This document shows, one piece after another, positions 8,709 through 16,466 of a DNA stretch of 24,000 nucleotides (positions are counted from its first letter, which is position 1; each line of letters starts with the position of its first letter). Location of the stretch: assembly GCA_964428935.1 (NCBI GenBank), contig CAYSAG010000036.1, forward strand, positions 3,000 to 26,999, read 5' to 3'. The stretch is from an uncultured Planctomycetaceae bacterium. Its GTDB lineage: Bacteria > Planctomycetota > Planctomycetia > Planctomycetales > Planctomycetaceae. Position numbers and translations under genes: made by a program. Below the pieces are notes generated by a model. That model ran no database searches, was not told the DNA's origin, and was given only the letters and a program-made list of their open reading frames with translations.

Positions 8709-10025
8709 TCACTTTCCAATGCAGTACAGCTTGTCGGTGGTTCGAATGAAGAGCTGTCCGTGGGCGGCGACAATGGACGAACGCACGACGAACCGGTCGG
8801 GGTCGTCCATGGACACCGTCCGCAACAACTGGCCGCTGTTGGCGTCGTAAATGGACACGTCCCCGTCGAAGTTGACAATGTACACTTTGCCGTCGGCGGC
8901 CAGCGGCGAGGCCTCGTACTTGGCCCGGCCGGGCGCTGGGCTGGTCCACTTGATTTTGCCCGTGCGTGGTTCGACGCGCGAAAGGGTGCGACGAGCGTCG
9001 CTGAGAATGAAAAAGTCTCCGTCGTAGAAGGCTGGCGTGGGGACGTCCGAGGTGAGTTGTCGCGGGTTGCTCACCCAAGCCAGCGCGCTGTCGTCCAGTC
9101 GTCCCGTGCCGCCGGCCTTGACCGCGTAAATGGGCGAGCGTTTCGGAGCACACACCAGAATGACGCCGTCGCCGGCCACCGGTGAAGGAACGAGCCGCCA
9201 ATGGGGAATTCGCTGCGGGTTCCAAGTGCCCCAGCGCCACAGCTCGCGGCCCGTCTCGGGGTCGTGACCCGTAATGTCGTCGCCGCCCACCACCAGCAGT
9301 TCGCGACGCCCGCGGTACTCAAATGGAATCGGCGTACTGAACGCCTCACGCGACTCCATGACCGCTTCGCTGGGGCGAATGTGTCGCCAAAGGGTCTTGC
9401 CCGTCGCCGGGTCGACGGCCAACAGGTACGACTCATTCGGCCGGTCCGTGAAACCACGACCGTCCACGGCCACGTCTCGCTGCAAGACTTGAACGTACAA
9501 CTTGCCGGCGTAGAGCGTCGGGCTGCTGCTGAAAGTCCACAAGAACGCGAACTGGCCGTAGTCCTTTTGAATGTTTCGCCGCCACAGCAGCTTGCCGTCC
9601 AGGTCGTAACCCAATAGCTCGCCGTTTCCGTAAAAGTAGAACACTCGCTGGCCGTCGGTCACGGGCGAGGGAGCGGCGAAGGTGCTGCGGTAGTCTTTGC
9701 GAATGCCTTTGCCGACGTCGTGCTGCCACAGCAGCTTGCCCGTCTTGCGGTCGTAGCAGCAAGCGACCAGCGTGTCCCGCTCGTGGTCGGCGGCCGAAAT
9801 GAACACGCGGTCCTCCCAAACAATGGGCGTGGCAGCCGAGGCTCCCGGCAACCGGGCCACCCAGACCACGTTCTCGGTTCGACTGAATTGGACGGGCAGG
9901 TTCGTCTCGTCCGTCGACCCGTTGAAGAACGGTCCTCGCCACTGCGGCCAGTCGTTGGCCCGAGCGGCCGGAGCCACCGCTGTGAGCGCAAGCAGAACCA
10001 AACACACCACGGTCCGTTTTCGCAT
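8709..10025 (-). CDS. PQQ-like (BamB-family) beta-propeller repeat protein, secreted
   Basis: 438 aa. Signal peptide MRKRTVVCLVLLALTAVAPAARA is followed by NDWPQWRGP. Repeated propeller blades of the type 'G.LLW...' are visible (KTGKLLWQH, LDGKLLWRR, ATGKTLWRH, ETGRELWRW, RTGKIKWTS). AGGAGAG lies 7 nt upstream of the ATG. Confidence 0.9.
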   Translation of the reverse strand: MRKRTVVCLVLLALTAVAPAARANDWPQWRGPFFNGSTDETNLPVQFSRTENVVWVARLPGASAATPIVWEDRVFISAADHERDTLVACCYDRKTGKLLWQHDVGKGIRKDYRSTFAAPSPVTDGQRVFYFYGNGELLGYDLDGKLLWRRNIQKDYGQFAFLWTFSSSPTLYAGKLYVQVLQRDVAVDGRGFTDRPNESYLLAVDPATGKTLWRHIRPSEAVMESREAFSTPIPFEYRGRRELLVVGGDDITGHDPETGRELWRWGTWNPQRIPHWRLVPSPVAGDGVILVCAPKRSPIYAVKAGGTGRLDDSALAWVSNPRQLTSDVPTPAFYDGDFFILSDARRTLSRVEPRTGKIKWTSPAPGRAKYEASPLAADGKVYIVNFDGDVSIYDANSGQLLRTVSMDDPDRFVVRSSIVAAHGQLFIRTTDKLYCIGK

Positions 10026-10499
10026 GTCGAGTCTCTCCTACAAGGACAGCGTTTCCACCAAGCCGCTGCGACCTTTTCCCGTTCGGCCAGTTTCTTTTCA
10101 TTCAGCCACTGGTCGCGCGACGCTTGAACAGCCTCCGCAAACCGCTTCGTCCGCACACTCGGTTTCGAAGTTGGACCCCATGATGCCGGAAGAAGCGACC
10201 GCGGTTCAAGCGTACGTGGCGGTCCGGCTGCGACGGGCGTGAGGGTCCGAACGGCGCGGGTTGTCGGGGACCGGCGGGCTCTTGCGAGAAAAAGGGCCTT
10301 GCGACAGGGACGTGCCCGGCTGGAAAACCGTCGAGCGCGGAAATGGCTGCCCCGAGAAGCCGCGCGGCAAGGAAAGAGGCTCGAGCCGGCAGGCCGTCCG
10401 CCCTCCAGCGTCTCGACAACGTTCAACCCTTTGGCCGGCCGCGGCTGGCGGTGGCCGAAGGGACGGAGGGGCACAAACACGCGACGGAAAAGCTCTCGG

Positions 10500-13064
10500 T
10501 CACTTCACCACGAAGTTCACCGAGTAGGTGGCGACCTTTTGGCTGAGCTGGTCTTCGACAATGAGCTTGAGCACGTGTGGCCCGAGCGAGCATTTCGGGG
10601 GAATGGTCAGCTCGTAGCTGTGGAAGTAGTCTCGTCGGTGGTTGCGGCACAGGTCCTCGGTGGGCGGGAACGTAATTCGTTCGACAAGGTCGCCGTTCTT
10701 TCCCGCCTTGTAGAACTCAATGGTCGACTTCAGCACGGTTCGCCACAGGCCGTCCGGTGTCAGTTCGCTCTTGAAGTTTTCGACCTCGGCGTAGAGCAGC
10801 ACGGGCTGGCCCGGAGTGAACTCGTCGCGGTCGAACCGTTCGTAGTTCCCGTAGCTGACAATTTTGTGGCAGAAGTTGACGTTCCGCAGTTGCAGTCGAG
10901 CGTTTTGTTGCAGCCGTTGAATGGCCGTCTTGAGTTGAGCAATGGTTTGAGTCGCTCGGTCGCTGGAGTCCGGAATGCCCTCGCGGTCGAAGTAGTTGGA
11001 CATGGCCCAGAAGACCTGCTGCCAGAATTCCTGGTCGGCGGCGTCAATGTACGGAATGGCCTCCAGTGCCCGCTCCTGGTGGCCGGCGACGAAGTAGAGC
11101 ATTCGCAGGTCGACGTGCTTGCGAACAAAGTCCAGCCGCTCGTCCTCCGACGTCCCCGGCCGGGCTTGCCCCACTTGCGACTCGTAGAGCGAAATCAACT
11201 GCTGCAACAGTTGGTCGTCGGTGGGAGAAGCTGACGGCTGACCGCTTCCAGCAGTCGGCTCGGTGGCGCGTTTCCGTCCCAGCCCCAACGGCGACTCGGC
11301 CAAACTGTGTTGCAGTTCCTGGCCTGCCGACTGCAAAGCTGTCCGCAAGTTGCTCAACTTCGGCAACGGAGCCAGCGGAAAGCCGGAACCGGTAGCGCCC
11401 GAACCGGCCGTCGAGCCGGACGAGGCCGTTGGAGCGGCTGAGGCGTTCCGGGCGGACAGGCTGGCGTTCCCGCCGGGGGCTGCGCCAGACGGTGGCAGTC
11501 CAACGACGGCTCCGTTGGCTTGAACGCGAGCCGGAACGGACGACGCGGTCGGCCCGGTCGCGACACCCGCTCCAGCCGTCGGCGGTTGTGTAGCCAGCCC
11601 AGTTGGGGCGGCTGGTCCGGTCGACGTTCCGGCCGAGCCGGACGGCCACGAGGCGGCTTGCGGCGAGGGCGTTGCTGTCGGAGGAGAGGCAGCGGGGCCG
11701 GCCGGAGCCAGAGGGTTGGTCACCGTCCCGCTCGCCCCGACGCGGCTTCCGGCGCCGCGAGGCAACGACGAACTCAGGCCCAACGAGGCCGCGCTGGAGG
11801 CGGTCGTCGGTTGCGAGCCGCTCGGAAGCTCGCTCGCCCGCGCCGGGCTGGCCGACTCAAACCCGAGTTGAATGGGGTTGGTCACCCGTTGCGGCTGGTC
11901 GGCCCAGACGCTGGCTCCGGCTAAACGCGTTGTCGAGCCGTCGGCCGCCGGCGAACCGACGGCTCCAGCCAAAGGGTGTCGAGCGAGTGCGGCACCGAAG
12001 CTGGGCCGCGCAGCCGACCGAGAACCGACGGGCTGACCCGAGGCGTCTGCTTCGGGCGACGCCTCTGCTCTTCCGCTCGTCGTGGCAAAACGGCCGTCTC
12101 CGCTCCAAGGGTTGGCGGCTCCGAACGCCCCGGACGACGAAGCGGCCTGTGTGTTTCCCCGGACCCGACGCGGGTCGGGCGCTTGAAGGCGGCCGCGAGG
12201 GCTTTGACCGTCCAAGGCAGACAGCAGCGGGTGGCCGGACGGACGTTGAGCCAACTCGCTGGCGACCGTCGACCGTTGGCTAGGCTGACTGGCTGCCGCT
12301 GCGGCCGCCGGCGTTTGCCCGTACTCGACGACCTTCCGCTGTCCCATTTGCCGAGCCATTCGCCAGGTTTTCAGAATCGGGTCCACCATGGCCGGGTCGA
12401 CCGTCTTCAAGTACTCGAACATTTGGCGTTGCTCGGCCTCCGACGCTCCGGCCATTGCCGAACGGACTTTGCTCCAGAGTTGCTGTTCGGGACGGGGAGT
12501 TCCGCCGACGCCGGTCGAGCCCGACGTGGAGCCCCCGGACGGGCTCGCTTGGACAACGCTGGTTCCAACCGGCGACGTCCGGTCCGGCCGGCCACCGCCG
12601 ACGGTCTGTGTGGTCGGACCGCTTGCTGCCCGAACCCGAGACGGACGGAATGGGTTGGTCGGGACGGGGGAGGACTGCTCGGACGGGCGGGCGGGTGAGG
12701 CAGCCCCGGCCGTTTGGTCGGCCGCTTTCTTCTTGCCGAAAAACGACAACGGCCACCGCAGACGCTCGGCCAGCGAGCGGGCGAACGACCGGTGTTCCTT
12801 TTTCGGTTGAGAGCTTGGCTGGCCGGACGCCTTGTCGTTCGCCCCCAGACGCTCGGCCTGACGAATCAGCCGCATGGCTCCGTCCATGTCGCCCGCCTCG
12901 GCCAGTCGGTGAGCCTCGGCCAGAAGCTGCTTGGCCGTCGCGGACTGGTTGGAAGCGGGCTGGTCGGTTCCCGCTGCACTCCAGCTGGCGACAAACAGCA
13001 CGGCCAGCAGGCCCGCCCAAGAAGCCAAACGCACGACCTGTTTTCCAGCCTGAAACCGTTCCAT
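10500..13064 (-). CDS. Large membrane-anchored or secreted protein: N-terminal hydrophobic anchor, short TPR-like helix pair, ~550-aa Ser/Ala/Pro/Gly-rich low-complexity region, conserved-looking ~280-aa C-terminal domain of unknown function
   Basis: 854-aa ORF with an ATG start and GGGGTGAG just upstream. N-terminus: MERFQAGKQVVRLASWAGLLAVLFVASWSAAG. The C-terminal part has ordinary globular composition and high GC3 (...VDLRMLYFVAGHQERALEAIPYIDAADQEFWQQVFWAMSNYF...LRNVNFCHKIVSYGNYERF...CRNHRRDYFHSYELTIPP...HVLKLIVEDQLSQKVATYSVNFVVK). No family recognised. Confidence 0.8.
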   Translation of the reverse strand: MERFQAGKQVVRLASWAGLLAVLFVASWSAAGTDQPASNQSATAKQLLAEAHRLAEAGDMDGAMRLIRQAERLGANDKASGQPSSQPKKEHRSFARSLAERLRWPLSFFGKKKAADQTAGAASPARPSEQSSPVPTNPFRPSRVRAASGPTTQTVGGGRPDRTSPVGTSVVQASPSGGSTSGSTGVGGTPRPEQQLWSKVRSAMAGASEAEQRQMFEYLKTVDPAMVDPILKTWRMARQMGQRKVVEYGQTPAAAAAASQPSQRSTVASELAQRPSGHPLLSALDGQSPRGRLQAPDPRRVRGNTQAASSSGAFGAANPWSGDGRFATTSGRAEASPEADASGQPVGSRSAARPSFGAALARHPLAGAVGSPAADGSTTRLAGASVWADQPQRVTNPIQLGFESASPARASELPSGSQPTTASSAASLGLSSSLPRGAGSRVGASGTVTNPLAPAGPAASPPTATPSPQAASWPSGSAGTSTGPAAPTGLATQPPTAGAGVATGPTASSVPARVQANGAVVGLPPSGAAPGGNASLSARNASAAPTASSGSTAGSGATGSGFPLAPLPKLSNLRTALQSAGQELQHSLAESPLGLGRKRATEPTAGSGQPSASPTDDQLLQQLISLYESQVGQARPGTSEDERLDFVRKHVDLRMLYFVAGHQERALEAIPYIDAADQEFWQQVFWAMSNYFDREGIPDSSDRATQTIAQLKTAIQRLQQNARLQLRNVNFCHKIVSYGNYERFDRDEFTPGQPVLLYAEVENFKSELTPDGLWRTVLKSTIEFYKAGKNGDLVERITFPPTEDLCRNHRRDYFHSYELTIPPKCSLGPHVLKLIVEDQLSQKVATYSVNFVVK

Positions 13065-13548
13065 CGGCTCACCCCGTCAGACGCCCGTCCGTGGGCTGGT
13101 GGGAAACGACTGGTTGCCACACATTCGCGGGTGTCGCCCTCGGTCGGCGACGGTTGCCCCGCTTGCGAGAAAGGTGTCGGGAGTTTTCGCGTTTTGAACC
13201 GAGCGGAGACTCGACGGGCGTGCGTCGACTGGTCGTCCTGCCCGAAGTGGTTCCCGCCGGAAGGCCACCGGCACGCAACCCCGGTTCCGCGAACAGACCG
13301 GCTCGCGCAACGCCGCTCGAGAACGTTCCGCTCAGTCCAAACCCGTTGGTTTTCTTGGGAAGAATGGTTGTCGAGACGGGAGAGAGTTTCTCGCCGGGCC
13401 CGTGTTCACACGGGTGCAAGGTGGTCGGAAGGCGAAAGTTAGTACAAAAGACGGCGTCGCGGCAAGAGCAGCTCTGTCTTCGCGAGAGCCGGGGAGCCGG
13501 CGAGTGGCCGAGTCACGGAAGTTGGGCTGTCCATGCCTGCGGTCGGCG

Positions 13549-13557
13549 TGCTAGAAT
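13549..13557 (+). promoter_or_regulatory. Possible extended -10 element (TGcTAGAAT) for the lipoprotein gene
   Basis: TGCTAGAAT at 13549-13557 lies ~95 nt upstream of ATG 13654 in an otherwise GC-rich spacer. No good -35 hexamer at 17 bp spacing. Promoter rules for this lineage are poorly defined. Confidence 0.2.
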
Positions 13558-13653
13558 CCGTCGCTCGTCGTCCTCGAATGCTTCCACGCTCCAGTGCGCC
13601 GACGACGGGCCCGTCTTGCTCAAGAAGCCGGCGACTCCAAATCACCCCGCAGA

Positions 13654-13974
13654 ATGATTCGTTTTCCTTTGCTCGCAATCTGTGGAAGCCTGTTGTTGGC
13701 CGGGTGCGTGACGCCGTACAACACCCGTTTGCCGACGTTGCGTCCGCGTCACCCGGCCGTGGAGCGGCGGTCGTACGAGTACCACGACCCGTTCCCCAAC
13801 AGCGACTTGGGCCCGGAGACCAATCAACGTCCGTGGGGGTTTGCTCGCCCGCGCACTCAGCCCCGCCAAATGTGGCAGTTGCGTCGGCTCGGGCCGCTAC
13901 CTCCGGAAGCGACTCCGACGGCCCCGCAGTCCGAGCCGCTCGGCACGGCCTACCCCGAGTCCATTCACGAGTGA
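13654..13974 (+). CDS. Small lipoprotein (106 aa), Pro/Arg-rich mature part
   Basis: Lies in ORF 13594..13974. The internal ATG 13654 gives MIRFPLLAICGSLLLAGC|VTPY, a classic lipobox (LLAGC) after a short hydrophobic signal. The 20 codons upstream (MRRRRARLAQEAG...) look non-coding. Confidence 0.65.
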   Translation: MIRFPLLAICGSLLLAGCVTPYNTRLPTLRPRHPAVERRSYEYHDPFPNSDLGPETNQRPWGFARPRTQPRQMWQLRRLGPLPPEATPTAPQSEPLGTAYPESIHE

Positions 13975-14181
13975 CGGTTTCTCAGGCGGGACTGCTTGCG
14001 ACCAGCACCGCTCCGCTCAACTCGCTCGGACCGGACCAGCCAACCGGTTTCTTGGGCCGCTCACCGCGTGCCGCCGCGTGCTTTCACGGCAAGAGCTCCG
14101 GTCTGTGCCACTGGGCGTGCTGTCGCGCTCCTGTCGCAAGTCTTGCCCATTCGGTCGCGGCCCTGGACCGCCGTCGCTCTC

Positions 14182-16050
14182 TCACTGACGGCCCGTCGCC
14201 CTTGGGAACGAGTTTTCGGCCAGTTCGTGGTTGGACGGCGAAACGCCCAGCCGGCGCAGAGCGAACTTCAGAATGGCGGCGGCCGCCGGAGCTGCCACGG
14301 TGCCACCGAAATGCTCCTTCCCGACCGACGGCTCGTCGACGACCACCAGCACGAGGACTCGCGGGTTTTCGGCAGGAGCTCCGCACACGAAGGAGCACAC
14401 GTGCAGACGGTCCGAGTAGCGGCCGGTGCGCGGGTCGACCTTTTGGGCGGTTCCCGTCTTTCCGAAGACCGAGTAGCCAGGCAGTCGAGCCAGTCGTCCC
14501 GTTCCCCGCACGACCACCTCCGTCAACGGACCGCGCACCAGCCAACGGGCCACCGACTCGGAAATGGTCTGCGAAACCACGTTCGGACCGAACAGCTGGT
14601 CGCTCACCTGTGGAGAAATTTGCAGAACGGCGTCGCCTCCGAACCGCTCCGCGTCGTAGGTTCGAATCTGGCCGCGCCGGACGAACGTCGGCCGCGACAA
14701 CTTTCCGCCGTTGGCCAAGGCGGTGTAAGCCGTAATGACCTGCAGAGCGGTGGCTCCGAATTCTTGCCCCATGGGGACGGAGCCGGTTGAGTAGTCCGTC
14801 CATTCGGGCAGCGGCCGCACGTAGCCCGCCGCCTCCTCCGACAGCTCCACCCCGGTGGGCCGTCCGAAGCCGAAGGCCAGCAGAGCGGCGTACAGTCCTT
14901 CGTTCGTCAGCCGCTCGCCAATCTTGGCCATTCCAATGTTGCTCGACTTGACCAGAATGTCGGTCACCGACAGCACGCCGTACGGGTGGTGGTCGTGCAG
15001 GACTCGGTTGCCCATTCGGTACGCGCCGCTTTCGCAGTCGAAGGTCTCGTCCGGGGCGACCAGTCCCTGGTCCACGGCCCAAGCGACCAGCAGCGGCTTG
15101 ACCGTCGAGCCAGGTTCGAAGACGGCCGAAAGGGCGTAGTTGAGCCACGCGTCGGGTCGAGCCCTTTCCGGGTGGTTCGGGTCGAACGTCGGCCGGCTGG
15201 CCATGGCCAGAATTTCGCCGGTCTGAGGAACCAGCACAATGGCCGCTGCGTGCTTCGGACGCCAACGGTTCATGAGCTCGTCCAGGTGACGTTCGGCAAT
15301 GACCTGGACCATGACGTCCAGCGTGGTGGCGACCGCGCGGCCCAGCACGGGCGGCTGGACCCAGTCGTTGCGCACGTCAATGACTCGCCCCAGGGCGTCG
15401 CGGGCGATTCGGCGACGCCCCGGCCGGCCGCCAATGATTGGATTCAGTGCCTTTTCCAGTCCGCTGCGTGGGTGGCCGTCAATGTCGCGAATGCCAATGA
15501 CGTGAGCCGCGGTGTGGCCCAGCGGGTAGCGGCGGACGTACTCCCGCCGCACGCCCCACGTGCCCGACGGCAAACGCAGTCGTTCCAGCCTCCGCACTAA
15601 GCCAGGCTCGGCCGCCCGTTTCGCCCACAAGAAGTGCTTTTTCCGGTACTGTTGCAGACGCTGCAGAAACCGCCGCTTGTCGAGCTGCAAGGCGGCTGCG
15701 AAGCGCACGGCAAAGCGGTCCAGGTCTTTCACCCGGCTGGGGACGACGTAAACGCTTGGCACCGACACGGTCGTGGCCAGTACGACCCGTCCCTCGCGGT
15801 CCAGAATGTCGGCCGGTCGAGCGGGAATTTCCTCGTACTTGACCCGTTGGCGCGACGCCTGTCGGGAAAAGTCCGCGTGGCCCAGCCACTGAATTTGGAC
15901 CAGACGAGCGGCCAGGACGGCCCAGAACAACACGACGAAGAAGGTCAGCAGCCGCAGTCGCCACCGAAGGCCAGCCCGCACAGCCGGACGTGCGGCCGAA
16001 GCTGCCGCCACCTCGCCCTCTTGCTGCCCTTTCCAGCGGTCCAGCCACAT
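14182..16050 (-). CDS. ftsI: Class B penicillin-binding protein (peptidoglycan D,D-transpeptidase), FtsI-type by operon context
   Basis: 622 aa. N-terminal membrane anchor LRWRLRLLTFFVVLFWAVLAARLVQIQ. All three transpeptidase motifs are in order: SxxK (FEPGSTVKPL), SxN (VKSSNIGMAKI), KTG (FGKTGTAQK). It lies directly downstream of an FtsL-like gene and rsmH. Sequence alone does not separate FtsI from PBP2/MrdA. Confidence 0.9.
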   Translation of the reverse strand: MWLDRWKGQQEGEVAAASAARPAVRAGLRWRLRLLTFFVVLFWAVLAARLVQIQWLGHADFSRQASRQRVKYEEIPARPADILDREGRVVLATTVSVPSVYVVPSRVKDLDRFAVRFAAALQLDKRRFLQRLQQYRKKHFLWAKRAAEPGLVRRLERLRLPSGTWGVRREYVRRYPLGHTAAHVIGIRDIDGHPRSGLEKALNPIIGGRPGRRRIARDALGRVIDVRNDWVQPPVLGRAVATTLDVMVQVIAERHLDELMNRWRPKHAAAIVLVPQTGEILAMASRPTFDPNHPERARPDAWLNYALSAVFEPGSTVKPLLVAWAVDQGLVAPDETFDCESGAYRMGNRVLHDHHPYGVLSVTDILVKSSNIGMAKIGERLTNEGLYAALLAFGFGRPTGVELSEEAAGYVRPLPEWTDYSTGSVPMGQEFGATALQVITAYTALANGGKLSRPTFVRRGQIRTYDAERFGGDAVLQISPQVSDQLFGPNVVSQTISESVARWLVRGPLTEVVVRGTGRLARLPGYSVFGKTGTAQKVDPRTGRYSDRLHVCSFVCGAPAENPRVLVLVVVDEPSVGKEHFGGTVAAPAAAAILKFALRRLGVSPSNHELAENSFPRATGRQ

Positions 16051-16087
16051 GGGAGTTTGCCTTTTCGGGCCGAGCGTCCCGGGCCGC

Positions 16088-16345
16088 TCACTGCCGACGC
16101 GGCTCGTCCAGCTCCAACCTGCGCAGCAACACGGCGGCGGCCTCCGGCGAATGGACCAGACGGCTCGGCGCGGCCATTTGCTGCGTCTGCAGCCGCAACC
16201 GAGCGTACTCCTCCAGCAAGTCGTCCAGTTGGTAGTGCTGCTGACTGATGGCTCGACGCAGTGTCAGGTTCGACTTTTCCAGCGCAATGCCGCCCAACGA
16301 AACGGCGACGACCAGTGCCACCGCGCTGACAAACCGAAAGAACAT
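16088..16345 (-). CDS. FtsL-like small bitopic protein (TM helix plus coiled-coil-like segment)
   Basis: Lies in ORF 16088..16393 (TTG start). The internal ATG 16345 gives MFFRFVSAVALVVAVSLGGIALEKSNLTLRRAISQQHYQLDDLLEEYARLRLQTQQM..., i.e. an N-terminal TM then a heptad-like helix. It ends 37 nt before the PBP start, which is the ftsL position of mra operons. The call rests on topology and position only, and the start is uncertain. Confidence 0.5.
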   Translation of the reverse strand: MFFRFVSAVALVVAVSLGGIALEKSNLTLRRAISQQHYQLDDLLEEYARLRLQTQQMAAPSRLVHSPEAAAVLLRRLELDEPRRQ

Positions 16346-16466
16346 TTCCCCCGACGCCCTTGCCTGGTGGTTTCGTGGGCCGCACAAGAGCAAGAAAGCA
16401 ACGAGCCGTCGGCCGGGCGAACCGACTGCGCAGTCCGAGTGCGGCCGCCCGAACGCTCTTTCGCAC

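Noticed and set aside
9659-10480. A 273-aa minus ORF spanning the gap upstream of the PQQ-propeller gene, with a protein-like patch KRFAEAVQASRDQWLNEKKLAEREKVAAAWW.
   Set aside because: The rest of the translation is Arg/Pro-rich. It also runs out of frame far into the well-supported propeller CDS, so the patch is probably chance.
14084-15265. A 393-aa minus-strand ORF and several + ORFs overlapping the PBP gene.
   Set aside because: They are out of frame or antisense to a CDS that has all three transpeptidase motifs. Their translations are Arg/Gly-rich with no motifs.
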